A stretch of 64,000 bases of DNA from Desulfobacteraceae bacterium (lineage in GTDB: Bacteria; Desulfobacterota; Desulfobacteria; Desulfobacterales; UBA5852): the NCBI GenBank assembly GCA_014237395.1, contig JABZFP010000029.1:50537-114536 (forward strand), written 5' to 3'. The notes beneath the pieces were generated by a model. The model saw only the letters and a list, made by a program, of their open reading frames with translations, had not been told where the DNA came from and did not search any database. This document shows positions 27,620 to 37,042 of the stretch, one piece after another. The translations under genes were made by a program, and so were the position numbers. Within the stretch, counting starts at the first letter, position 1; every line of letters starts with the position of its first letter.

Positions 27620-27743
27620 CCTGTCGCAGTGTGGATAAAGCCTTGTAACCTCTTGATCTGATTTCTTATATCGATTGACTTTGCGCGCTGCATACAGTAT
27701 GGATAATCCGACAATGACACCTCGCGTCGGATAATGGAAGCCC

Positions 27744-29114
27744 ATGTCGGAAACCAACCTGAACCGAATTCTGGCCCCCCGGGAAAACCTTGCCCGTATT
27801 CTCGATAACCTCAAAGAAGGGGTTATTGCGCATGACCTGAACCGCCGGATCTTCTTCTTCAATCACCAGGCCGAACAGATTACCGGCTTCAGCCGGGAAG
27901 AAATTCTGGGCCGCGACTGCCACGACGCCTTCGGCATCCCTTTTTGCGGCGAGCGCTGCTCCTTCTGCGACCCCGGCGAGTTGGCCCCCGGGAACCTCGA
28001 CAAAAAAGAATACACCCTCAATATCACCACCAAAACCTGTGAAACCCGCCGTATCGATATGAGCGTCACCATGATGCGGGATGCGTCCGGCAACGATGTC
28101 GGCGTCCTGGCCCTGTTTCGTGACATAACGGACGAACTGCGGCTGCAACTGCAATCCGGCAACCTGGATCGCTTTTCCAATATCATCGGGCGGGATGCCA
28201 AGATGCTGCAGGTGTTTCAGCAGATCAGCGACGTCGCCGCCTATGACTACCCGGTTCATATTTTTGGGGAAACCGGCACCGGCAAAGAGTTGGTGGCCAA
28301 TGCCATTCACAATGAAAGCCACCGGGCCGGCACCCCCTTCGTCCCGATCAATTGCGGGGCCCTGCCGGAGGGGTTGATCGAAAGCGAGCTGTTCGGCCAT
28401 GTCAAAGGGGCCTTTACCGGCGCCATCCGCGATAAGAAAGGCCGCTTCGAACTGGCCGACCGCGGCACCATCTTTCTGGACGAAGTGGCGGAGCTGTCCA
28501 AACCCATGCAGGTCAAACTGCTACGTTTTCTACAGGAGGGAACCTTAGAGCGGGTGGGGGGCGAGAAGACGATCTCCGTCAACGTCAAGGTGATCAGCGC
28601 CACCAACAAGGATTTGAAGGAAGAAGTGCGGCACGGCGCGTTTCGGGAGGATCTGTTCTATCGCCTGAGCGTCATCCCGATCTACATCCCGACCCTGAGG
28701 GAACGCCGCACCGATATCCCCCTGCTGGTCAACCATTTCATGCACGAAGCGGCGCTCAAGCACAACCAGGCGTCACTTCGTATGTCAAAAGAGGCCATGT
28801 CCCTGCTGATGGACTACGCCTGGCCCGGCAATGTCCGGGAACTCCAGAATGCCATCCAGTTTGCCCTGGTAAAATCAAGCGGCCGTATGATCACCATCGA
28901 CGATCTGCCCATGGAGATTCGGGCGATGCGCCGCGAAACCCTGCGCCGCGGCCCCACACGCAAGCTGAACCAAGCCACAGTGCGGCGCGCGCTGGCGCAG
29001 ACGGCCGGCAACAAATCCAAAGCGGCCCGCCTGTTGGGTGTAGGCCGCGCCACCCTGTATCGTTTTTTGAATGACCATCCCGACCTGGCCGACCAGGAAC
29101 AAGCCACGCCCTAA
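27744..29114 (+). CDS. sigma-54-dependent transcriptional activator (PAS with Cys4 motif, AAA+, Fis HTH)
   Basis: PAS domain with C59-x8-C-x3-C-x2-C. GETGTGKE Walker A, GAFTGA loop, ELQNAI, and C-terminal AARLLGVGRATLYRFL. Confidence 0.92.
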   Translation: MSETNLNRILAPRENLARILDNLKEGVIAHDLNRRIFFFNHQAEQITGFSREEILGRDCHDAFGIPFCGERCSFCDPGELAPGNLDKKEYTLNITTKTCETRRIDMSVTMMRDASGNDVGVLALFRDITDELRLQLQSGNLDRFSNIIGRDAKMLQVFQQISDVAAYDYPVHIFGETGTGKELVANAIHNESHRAGTPFVPINCGALPEGLIESELFGHVKGAFTGAIRDKKGRFELADRGTIFLDEVAELSKPMQVKLLRFLQEGTLERVGGEKTISVNVKVISATNKDLKEEVRHGAFREDLFYRLSVIPIYIPTLRERRTDIPLLVNHFMHEAALKHNQASLRMSKEAMSLLMDYAWPGNVRELQNAIQFALVKSSGRMITIDDLPMEIRAMRRETLRRGPTRKLNQATVRRALAQTAGNKSKAARLLGVGRATLYRFLNDHPDLADQEQATP

Positions 29115-29154
29115 AGCGACCGCCTTTCTGGAAACCCTGCGATGACGAAACCGT

Positions 29155-29508
29155 CTATCGTTTCACGCCCAGTTGCTCCTTGAGCCAGGCTTTCACGTCG
29201 TCATCCAGAGCGTAGACCCCTTTCAATTCGCATACATCTTTTTCAAAACGGGCCGGCAATTCGAACTGGGCCAATTCTTTGGCTTCATCGGAATTGCGCT
29301 TGATCAGGTAAATCGTATACGGCCGGTTCCAGCAGTTGACCACAAAATAGGTCGTGTAGTCGTCTTTGGAAGCGATCACATACCCATCGCCGCGCGCCCA
29401 GTTGTTTCCCCACTCCAGGTAAAGCCGCACCGCCTCTTCGGGTGTCATGTTCCAGTCAATCTCGTCGATAATCGCCTGGTTGCCGCGCAATTCTTCCAAT
29501 GTCATCAT
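29155..29508 (-). CDS. hypothetical protein (117 aa)
   Basis: Protein-like composition (MMTLEELRGNQAIIDEIDWNMTPEEAVRLYLEWGNNW...). Lies downstream of cooS on the same strand. The antisense ORF 29173-29670 is rejected. Confidence 0.6.
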   Translation of the reverse strand: MMTLEELRGNQAIIDEIDWNMTPEEAVRLYLEWGNNWARGDGYVIASKDDYTTYFVVNCWNRPYTIYLIKRNSDEAKELAQFELPARFEKDVCELKGVYALDDDVKAWLKEQLGVKR

Positions 29509-29834
29509 AAGCGTACCTTTCGGGCTAAATTATGGTGGCCCCCTAAAAAGCAAGAAAGTTACCTGCTTTTGTCAATCCGGCAAAAGAGGCTGTTTCGTGA
29601 TTACAAAATGGACTCTTTTTTGTCCCGTCATGCCGGACCCGATCCGGCAACCCGTATCGTGGCACATTGAAAAAACAACTGGATTTCGGGTCAAGCCCTG
29701 AATGACGGATTTAAGACTTTTAGGAATCCATGAATTAACTTTCCTCAAAACATATCCGTGCATCGGTATTGATATGAAAAAATCATAACCATCGTCGATG
29801 GTTGCGACAAGTCCACGCGACCACCGGAGACGCC

Positions 29835-29870
29835 AAAAAAACAGGCGGAGCTGATACCACGCTCCGCCTG
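29835..29870 (-). terminator. rho-independent terminator after cooS
   Basis: 10-bp perfect stem CAGGCGGAGC (29842-29851) / GCTCCGCCTG (29861-29870). On the minus strand it is followed by a T7 run (A-run 29835-29841). Confidence 0.75.
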
Positions 29871-29900
29871 CCGATTGACTAAATACTACCGATTTACGAA

Positions 29901-31868
29901 TTAGGCCGACAGTTGCTGACGGTCGGTCATGTCCATCAGGACCCGCTCGCGGGCCTTGTCGATACCGAGCGCCTTGCGCTTGGCATCGATGTGGGCAATC
30001 ATCATGCGGGCCATCTCATAAGGATCCGGGGTGAAGCCCCATTTCCCCAATCCTTGTTCTTCAAGCCCCTTGAAGAGGTGCCTGTGGAACTTGGTTTCTT
30101 CAACAATGGGGAAGGTCACCCCAAACACGGTGTAAACACCGGACGCCACGAAATACTGCCCGATGCAGATGGCTTTCTCGCTCATCCATTCGGGGGCGGC
30201 GCCGGCCACCGGCAGATCGGCAATGCTCTCACCGAGACCACCAGTCTTGACCATCTCGGAAGCCGCGATCAGAATCCGGCTGTTGTCGACGCAGGACCCG
30301 ATGCCCAGAACAGGCGGCATACCGACCGTCTCGCACACTTCCTTGAGGCCGCTGCCGGCCAGATGTGCGGCCTCCGGCGTGCACAGACCGGCCTTGGCCA
30401 GCGCAATCTGAGAACAGCCGGTCTGCAGCACCAGGACGTCGTTCTTGATCAGTTCCTTGACCAGCTCGACATGCACCCAGTCCTGTTTGACCCGGGGGTT
30501 GGTGCAGCCCACGACCCCGGCCACGCCGCGGATGCGGCCGTTGATGATGTTGTCGTTCAGTGGGGTGTAGGAACCACGAAAGGTGCCGCCCAGCATGTAG
30601 TTGATGTATTCGTGGGAAAAACCATGCACGCCAGCGTGGGTGTTCTTGGGGATTTCAATTTCACACGTACGGTTCTTGAAACGATGAATGGCTTTGATCA
30701 CCATGGCATCGGTGCAATCCCGCGGGGTATGCTCATGGAACTCGATATGCTCGGCCCCTTCGATGTGGCAACGCGGGTTGGTGGTGAAAAGCGGGGTCTT
30801 GTAGCAGTCGGCCACGGCCACCAGCCCCTGCTTGATGCACTGCACGTCCACACACATGGCATCCACGGCCCCGGTCACCAGGACCGTCTCGGTGGACATG
30901 AAGTTGCCGGCATGAGGAATGCCGTGCCGCACCATCATTTCTGCCCCGGAGCAGCACATGCCCACCAGGTTGATGCCCTTGGCGCCGGCGTCTTTGGCTT
31001 TTTGCACGATCATGGGATCCGTGACCGAAACCAGCATGGACTCGAACAGGTTAGGCTCATGGCCGTGGACGATCACATTGACCTGATCCTCCTTGAGCAC
31101 GCCCATGTCGACATCCACGGCCACCGGGGTGGGGGTACCGAACAGGATGTCGGCGATCTCGGTGGCCACCATGGAGCCGCCCCAGCCGTCCGCCAATGCC
31201 GTGCGGCTGCACTGTTTGGTGATGTTCTCGTAGTGCTGGTCCACCCCCATGTGGGTGCGGTGCATGAGTTCCATGATCTCCCGCATGGCGCCGCGGGGCA
31301 CGATGCCGAGTTTGCGCCAGGTCTCAAGGGTTTTGGCCGGAACCCGTTTGGCAAAGGGGATCTCGCCTTCGACCTGGATGTAGGTGCGTTCCAGCTCGTG
31401 ATAAAGATCGGTAGCAATCTCTTTGACGCTGCGGCCTTCGGTTTCAATCCCGATTTCCTGGGCCACGCTTTCCAGTTTCTGGACATCCTTGATCTCGTAA
31501 TCCAGGATCTTGCCGTTCACCACTTCACGGAAGAGGTCCAGCATGCTCATACCGTGGTCGGTATGGGCTGACCCACCGGCCGCCACCATACGGGCAAAAT
31601 TGCGGGCCATGATCGTGTCGATGGTGGCGCCACAGACACCGACTTTGTCGTAGGGCGCGTTGGCATTCAGCCGGCAGGGCCCCATGGAACAGTGTTTACA
31701 GCAGGCGGAATTGGCACCGATCGGGCAGGCTTTCATGTTGGCGGCACGATCGAAAGCGGTTTCGACCCCATCCCGTTTGGCCTTTTCAAGCATCTGGGCG
31801 GTGGAATCGCAAATGGTCACGTCCTTGGTGACAATCTCCTTCTTGGAGACGATTTTCTTCTTTTCCAT
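29901..31868 (-). CDS. cooS: anaerobic Ni-Fe carbon-monoxide dehydrogenase catalytic subunit
   Basis: 655 aa. N-terminal D/B-cluster cysteines CPIGANSACCKHCSMGPCRL, with HGHEP, GMCCSG and other typical CooS blocks. Confidence 0.93.
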   Translation of the reverse strand: MEKKKIVSKKEIVTKDVTICDSTAQMLEKAKRDGVETAFDRAANMKACPIGANSACCKHCSMGPCRLNANAPYDKVGVCGATIDTIMARNFARMVAAGGSAHTDHGMSMLDLFREVVNGKILDYEIKDVQKLESVAQEIGIETEGRSVKEIATDLYHELERTYIQVEGEIPFAKRVPAKTLETWRKLGIVPRGAMREIMELMHRTHMGVDQHYENITKQCSRTALADGWGGSMVATEIADILFGTPTPVAVDVDMGVLKEDQVNVIVHGHEPNLFESMLVSVTDPMIVQKAKDAGAKGINLVGMCCSGAEMMVRHGIPHAGNFMSTETVLVTGAVDAMCVDVQCIKQGLVAVADCYKTPLFTTNPRCHIEGAEHIEFHEHTPRDCTDAMVIKAIHRFKNRTCEIEIPKNTHAGVHGFSHEYINYMLGGTFRGSYTPLNDNIINGRIRGVAGVVGCTNPRVKQDWVHVELVKELIKNDVLVLQTGCSQIALAKAGLCTPEAAHLAGSGLKEVCETVGMPPVLGIGSCVDNSRILIAASEMVKTGGLGESIADLPVAGAAPEWMSEKAICIGQYFVASGVYTVFGVTFPIVEETKFHRHLFKGLEEQGLGKWGFTPDPYEMARMMIAHIDAKRKALGIDKARERVLMDMTDRQQLSA

Positions 31869-32088
31869 TTTGGCTCCTTTCCAAAAAAGCGGGTGGCTAT
31901 TGCCGGTTTATCGTTCTTGTCGATTAAAAATGATTGGATGCCCTCATGCCTTGCCATGGAAACCCATCAAAACGCCGGGCGTAAAAAACAGCCCTTGGAT
32001 GCATGGCGCCGACATCAGGGAGCACGGTTTAGAATAAATAGTTCAACATCAACGGGAAAACAGAATCAGGGAACGAGTCAATAGCTAA

Positions 32089-32104
32089 AGCAAGTTTCAG
32101 ACCA
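32089..32104 (-). promoter_or_regulatory. candidate sigma-54 (-24/-12) promoter for cooS
   Basis: Minus strand reads TGGTCT-GAAAC-TTGCT with GG-N10-GC spacing exact. Lies about 220 nt upstream of the cooS ATG, with a sigma-54 activator gene 2.8 kb away. Confidence 0.45.
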
Positions 32105-32967
32105 ATCTTGTTTTATAGCAAATCCAGATGTGCCGGAGAGCGAATTTCCGATGCAGAATACAATCTAATTGGTGGAAAGCCTCTGTTTTATATAGATAAT
32201 CCATATCATTTCAAACAATTCGAGGATCCCCCATGGTCTGCCGATCCATAGCGCTTCACAGGCACGGGGAACCGTCTTTTTTCATATCTTGAGACATTTT
32301 CCCGATACACTTACGATGCGAAGCGAAGCAATTCTATTAATTTTAAATAACCAATAATAACAATTCGTTATAAAATAATAAAAAATATTTTGCGCCCCAT
32401 TGTCATTTAAGAAACGTATCTTGAGGCCGCATATGGCGTTGCACCAAAACCGTCATTTTTCTGTGGTTTCATGAAAATCACGTATCAAACAGGTTACCGT
32501 AACTTACCCATTAGCTTAAAATGATAACTATTCCTATTATCATTAGCGGTTATGACACCGCGATGTCAAGTACCAAGGTGGATCTATTTGTCTTCGCAAG
32601 ACACTTGTGTATCACTGAAAACTCGATACACTTTACTGCGGTGATCCAACGACATCGAATTCGGGTTCCAACCCCCAGTGTACCCTTTTAAGGAAATGAC
32701 CATGTCCGCATCCCAGTCCAACCGATGGACCAACAGCCGCCGCCTGGTCCACGCTGTTGGGAAATCCCCGGGGCGGAGAACCCCCGGCTATCGGTCCGGC
32801 GCACCCGCGCCTGACGGTCAACCGGCTCCTTTTCAGTCTGTCATGGGATGGATTTTGGCATTGAAAGAACGCCGTAATTATAATATTCACGAAACCAATA
32901 CGGGGCGGATACGCGCCTCGGGTATGCACTGCGATTGTGTTCCCTCCCAGCGAAAGGATGTACGCAC

Positions 32968-33222
32968 ATGAGCGACAAACCAGTCAAAGTCTATTCCCTG
33001 AGCACCTGCAGCCATTGCAAAGCCACCAAAAAACTGCTGGATGAATGCACCATCCAGTTTGATTTCGTCGATGTCGATCTGCTCGAGGGCGAAGAACGCA
33101 AGGCCATGGTGGAAGAGGTCAAAGCCGTCAACGAACGCTGTTCCTTCCCCACCATCATCATCGGCGACAAAACCATCGTCGGCTACAAGGAAAAAGAGAT
33201 CAAGGAGGCGCTGGGCATGTAA
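32968..33222 (+). CDS. glutaredoxin-like / NrdH-like small thioredoxin-fold protein
   Basis: From ATG 32968 (RBS gaaagga): MSDKPVKVYSLSTCSHCKATKKLL...FPTIIIGDKTIVGY, with a CxxC active site. Confidence 0.85.
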   Translation: MSDKPVKVYSLSTCSHCKATKKLLDECTIQFDFVDVDLLEGEERKAMVEEVKAVNERCSFPTIIIGDKTIVGYKEKEIKEALGM

Positions 33223-33554
33223 TGGACGTCGAAAAGCTTTATGCCATGCTTGAAAAAACCCAGACCGCCCAGGGGTATTTCTTCAATGCCGACCGGGAGC
33301 GGACCATGGAACTGCTGGAAGCGCTCCTGAAAAACAAGGACCGTTACGGCTACATGGTCTGCCCCTGCCGTCTGTCCTCCGGTGACCGGGAAAACGACAA
33401 GGACATCATTTGTCCCTGTGTTTACCGCGCACCGGATGTCGAAAAATACGGCAGTTGCTACTGCAACCTCTACGTTTCCAAGGCCTGGAACGACGGCACC
33501 ATCGACCGTGACTTCGTCCCTGAACGGCGCCCGCCGGAGAAAATCATGTTCTGA
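33222..33554 (+). CDS. ferredoxin:thioredoxin reductase catalytic-subunit-like protein
   Basis: 110 aa with CPCR...CPC...CYC spacing characteristic of FTR beta. The third motif is CYC instead of CHC. The start overlaps the glutaredoxin stop. Confidence 0.8.
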   Translation: MDVEKLYAMLEKTQTAQGYFFNADRERTMELLEALLKNKDRYGYMVCPCRLSSGDRENDKDIICPCVYRAPDVEKYGSCYCNLYVSKAWNDGTIDRDFVPERRPPEKIMF

Positions 33555-33632
33555 TCTCCCTTTTCCGGCAACAATGTCACCGTGAAAAGTTGATGCCGGG
33601 CCTCAGGCTCTGGTTCAGGCCAAATCCTGAAC

Positions 33633-33773
33633 GAAGTTGATTGCACGCGTTTCATCGTGGTTCAGCGCAAGGCGCGCGGTTGGCTGCAAGCGGAGCATAC
33701 GCGGGTATGTGAGCATTGCGGCCGGCCGTGCAACACCGTGCTGTGCCGCGAGGTGACGCGTGCAATCAACTTC
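33633..33773. repeat. structured palindromic repeat, copy R3
   Basis: Perfect 18-bp arms GAAGTTGATTGCACGCGT (33633-33650) / ACGCGTGCAATCAACTTC (33756-33773). Core has gcaaggcgcgc, hairpin GCATAC-gcgg-GTATGT (33695-33710) and gtgcaacacc. The right arm ends on the first nt of the nqrF stop codon. Confidence 0.75.
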
Positions 33774-34993
33774 TATCCGAAGTCGTCGAACGCAATCATC
33801 TCCCGCTCAACCCCCAATGCATCCAGCATGTTCATGACAGCGCTGATCATCATCGGTGGTCCGCAGAGATAATACTCGATCTCGGTGGGGTCTTCGTGGT
33901 CTTTCAGATAGAGATCGTGGGCCGCCTGGTGAATGAACCCCGTGGGGCCGTCCCAGTTGTCTTCCGGCTGGGGTTCCGAAAGTGCCACGTGGTAGCTGAA
34001 ATTGGAAAAACGCGCCTGCAGGTCCTTGAACTCCTCGTCGTAGAACATCTCCTGGCGCGAGCGGGCGCCGTACCAGAAGGTCACCTTGCGGGACGTTCCC
34101 AGATCCAGCAACTGGTTGAAAATATGGCAGCGCATGGGGGCCATGCCGGCGCCGCCCCCGATGAAACACATCTCCCGGTCGGTGTCCTTCACAAAAAAAT
34201 CGCCATAGGGGCCGCTCAGGACCACCCGGTCACCAGGCTTCAGGTTGAACACATAGGAGGATCCCACGCCGGGCGGCAAATCCATCTGACCCGGGGGCGG
34301 TGTGGCAATCCGGATCGTAAACCGCAGGAGGCCCTTTTCCGAAGGCGGGTTGGCCAGCGAGTAAGCCCGGTTGACCGGAACATCCGTACCCGCTTTGAGG
34401 GACAGGAAGTTAAACTGTTTCCAGGCGGTCCGGTAGGCGTCGGCAACGGAGAACTCGGCAAAATCCGCCTGGTATTCCGGCACATCGATCTGCATGTAAG
34501 CCCCCGCCGTGAAGTCCACCGCTTCACCCTCGTCCAGCTTCAGCACCAGTTCTTTGATGAAGGTGGCCACGTTGTCGTTGGAGACCACGGTGGCATTGAA
34601 TTTCTGAATATTGAAGATCTCTTCCGGAACACGGATCTTTAGATCCTGCTTGACTTTCAGCTGGCAGGCCAGGCGTACGTGATCGAGGCGTTCCTTGCGG
34701 CTGACCAGCGACAATTCCGTCGGGAGAATATCGCCGCCGCCTTCATCCACCTGGCACTTGCAGGTGCCGCAGGTGCCCTTGCCGCCACATGCACAGGGAA
34801 TCAGGATGTCGTTGTCGAGCAGCGAGGCCAGGAGAGTTTTGTTGGTGGGCGTGGATATGGATTTATCGTCATCGTCATTGATGACGATGCGGCGGTCCCC
34901 TTTGATCACCACTCGGGCTTCCACGAGCAGGAGCGTCCCCACCAGGAGCAGGATCACCGATAAAAATACCGCCGTACTGATAAAATAAATCAC
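33773..34993 (-). CDS. nqrF: Na+-translocating NADH:quinone oxidoreductase subunit F
   Basis: 406 aa with an N-terminal TM, the 2Fe-2S ferredoxin motif CACGGKGTCGTCKC and an FAD/NADH-binding FNR-like domain (RAYSLAN, GGGAGMAP). Confidence 0.93.
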   Translation of the reverse strand: MIYFISTAVFLSVILLLVGTLLLVEARVVIKGDRRIVINDDDDKSISTPTNKTLLASLLDNDILIPCACGGKGTCGTCKCQVDEGGGDILPTELSLVSRKERLDHVRLACQLKVKQDLKIRVPEEIFNIQKFNATVVSNDNVATFIKELVLKLDEGEAVDFTAGAYMQIDVPEYQADFAEFSVADAYRTAWKQFNFLSLKAGTDVPVNRAYSLANPPSEKGLLRFTIRIATPPPGQMDLPPGVGSSYVFNLKPGDRVVLSGPYGDFFVKDTDREMCFIGGGAGMAPMRCHIFNQLLDLGTSRKVTFWYGARSRQEMFYDEEFKDLQARFSNFSYHVALSEPQPEDNWDGPTGFIHQAAHDLYLKDHEDPTEIEYYLCGPPMMISAVMNMLDALGVEREMIAFDDFG

Positions 34994-35043
34994 GATTCCA
35001 ATTCCCAGGGCCGGGATACCGGCATTCGATCACAAGGGCGCGG

Positions 35044-35652
35044 CTAAAGCGTAATCCCGGAAAAGAGCATAAAGGCCATGGCCATCAGGCCGGTGGTAAT
35101 CATGTTGATGCCAAAGCCCTGCAGCCCTTCGGGCACATCGGCGTAACGCAGCTTTATCTTGATCGTGGCCATGGACACGATGGCCAGCAGCCAGCCGATG
35201 CCGGACCCCACACCGTAGACAACCGTCTCGGCAAACGTATAGGAACGCTCCACCATAAAAAGGGATACCCCCAGCACAGCGCAATTGACCGTAATCAGCG
35301 GCAGAAAAACCCCCAGGGCATTATAGAGGGCCTGGGAATAGCGGTCGATCACCATCTCCACCATCTGGACAATGCCGGCGATGATGGCGATGAACAGGAT
35401 CAGCTTGAGAAAACTCAAATCCACATCCGGCAGCCCCGCCCAGGCCAGGGCTCCCGGCGCCAGCAGGTAACGATAGATCAGCCAGTTGACCGGCGTGGTG
35501 ATAGTCAGCACGAAGACCACGGCGATGCCGAGCCCCAATGAAGTTTGGAGATTCTTGGACACCGCCAGAAAGGAGCACATGCCCAGGAAGTAGGCCAGCA
35601 GAATATTGCCGACAAAGACGGAATCGACAAAAATGCTGATGAGGTTTTCCAT
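35044..35652 (-). CDS. nqrE: Na+-translocating NADH:quinone oxidoreductase subunit E
   Basis: 202-aa polytopic protein with [10 protein letters not shown] and the NqrE/RnfA family pattern, in operon order. Confidence 0.9.
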   Translation of the reverse strand: MENLISIFVDSVFVGNILLAYFLGMCSFLAVSKNLQTSLGLGIAVVFVLTITTPVNWLIYRYLLAPGALAWAGLPDVDLSFLKLILFIAIIAGIVQMVEMVIDRYSQALYNALGVFLPLITVNCAVLGVSLFMVERSYTFAETVVYGVGSGIGWLLAIVSMATIKIKLRYADVPEGLQGFGINMITTGLMAMAFMLFSGITL

Positions 35653-35663
35653 ACGGATGGTCC

Positions 35664-36296
35664 TTAGCGGTTCAAAATGGCGTGCTCGAGCCAGACAAAC
35701 AGGCCGATCACGATAAAGGCGCCCGGTGCCAGCAGCATCAGGCCCATGTCCATATACCCCATGTCATACAACGCCTGGGGCACCACCGGAAACCCCAGGA
35801 TCTTGCCCGACCCCAGCAGCTCCCGGAAAAACGAGACGCCCACCAGGATCGAGCCATACCCGATGCCGTTGGCCATGCCGTCCACAAACGATTTCAAAGG
35901 GGGGTTCGACATGGCAAAGGTTTCAGCGCGCCCCATGACGATGCAGTTGGTGATGATCAGCCCCACGAAAACCGACAACTGCTTGCTGATATTGTACATG
36001 AAAGCTTTCAGCACCTCGTCCGCGATGATGACCAGGGTGGCGATCACGGCCACTTCCACGATAATGCGGATATTGCGGGGAATCATCTTGCGCATCAGCG
36101 AAATGATCAGATTCGAGCAGGCCACCACGGCCGTGAGCGCCAGCGCCATGACGATGGCCGTGTTCATCTGTACGGTTACCGCCAGGGAGGAGCAAATGCC
36201 CAGCACCTGTTTGGAGATGGGGTTGTTCTGCCAGAGCGCATCGGAAACCGTGCGGTAGGTTTCCGTACGCGTGATCTTTACGAGGGCGGTTGACAT
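35664..36296 (-). CDS. nqrD: Na+-translocating NADH:quinone oxidoreductase subunit D
   Basis: 210 aa with [17 protein letters not shown] and the NqrD/RnfE family pattern. Confidence 0.9.
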   Translation of the reverse strand: MSTALVKITRTETYRTVSDALWQNNPISKQVLGICSSLAVTVQMNTAIVMALALTAVVACSNLIISLMRKMIPRNIRIIVEVAVIATLVIIADEVLKAFMYNISKQLSVFVGLIITNCIVMGRAETFAMSNPPLKSFVDGMANGIGYGSILVGVSFFRELLGSGKILGFPVVPQALYDMGYMDMGLMLLAPGAFIVIGLFVWLEHAILNR

Positions 36297-37015
36297 ACGA
36301 GTGCGTTCTCCGGAAGCTTGAGCATGCCCTGGTTGCGAAAATGGACGGAAACCGGCTCATAGGTCTGCAGAATGTCTTCCAAGCCCTGGCTCAGGAACTT
36401 GCCGGTCATGGTGGCACCGCTGATGCCGTCGACGTAGTTCGGCTTGAGATCCTGCCGAACGGCATCCTCCACGGCGCCCTTGGCAATTTTGATGGACACG
36501 AAATTCCCTTCGGCATCGATGATCTGCTTCCCCACGAAATTGCGCTGAAACCATTGATTTTCGATTTCGCCGCCCAGACCGGGGGTTTCGGAGTGCTGGT
36601 AAACGGAAAAGCCGGTTATCGTGCTGCCATCCGTATCCAGGGCCAGATAGCCGTAAATGCGACCCCACAGGCCGCGGCTGTCCACCGGGATGATATAGGC
36701 TTTTACTTGCCCGTCGGCCCGGTAGAGGTAGAGCGGCAGGACCTTCTTGGGTGCCGCCTTGGCGGACAGGACCTGCCCTTCGTCGTCGATAGAAATGCAT
36801 TGAATCGAGGATTGATACAGCGCTTTGATCGCGTCGGCCGGATAAGAGCGACCCGATTCCACGGCCCCCACGGCCTGCAGGATATTCTTCTGCCGATCGA
36901 CCAGGGCATTTTCCCGCTGAAACGCCTTGAGGCCGGTGGCCGCCATCGTCAGCAGCAAGCTGCAGACCAGGCAAAGGCCCGTGGCAAACAGGATGGTTTT
37001 AACGCCGTCAGACAT
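36278..37015 (-). CDS. nqrC: Na+-translocating NADH:quinone oxidoreductase subunit C
   Basis: 245 aa with an N-terminal TM anchor and the FMN attachment motif DGISGATMT. Confidence 0.9.
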   Translation of the reverse strand: MSDGVKTILFATGLCLVCSLLLTMAATGLKAFQRENALVDRQKNILQAVGAVESGRSYPADAIKALYQSSIQCISIDDEGQVLSAKAAPKKVLPLYLYRADGQVKAYIIPVDSRGLWGRIYGYLALDTDGSTITGFSVYQHSETPGLGGEIENQWFQRNFVGKQIIDAEGNFVSIKIAKGAVEDAVRQDLKPNYVDGISGATMTGKFLSQGLEDILQTYEPVSVHFRNQGMLKLPENALVCQPPS

Positions 37016-37042
37016 GGTGTCCCCTGTTGATGGAAACGTGCC

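Noticed and set aside
27675-27706. Possible sigma-70 promoter TTGACT-N17-TATGGA upstream of the sigma-54 activator gene.
   Set aside because: The -10 hexamer is weak (3/6), and the better GATAAT is at a 20-nt spacing. It is not supportable from sequence alone.
29564-29580. Sigma-54-like element CCGGAT-N5-AAAGCA (GG-N10-GC) upstream of the 117-aa gene.
   Set aside because: Only the invariant dinucleotides match, and both the -24 and -12 flanks are poor. This is too weak to call.
32727-32735. The 9-mer GGACCAACA shared with the IS end (24576-24584), read as a possible solo IS-end remnant.
   Set aside because: A single 9-nt match is expected by chance in 64 kb on two strands, and the flanking sequence shows no further similarity.
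32633-32971. 97-98 aa ORFs on both strands upstream of the glutaredoxin gene.
   Set aside because: Their translations are low-complexity and implausible, and they have no RBS. The region is instead reported as a possibly structured leader.
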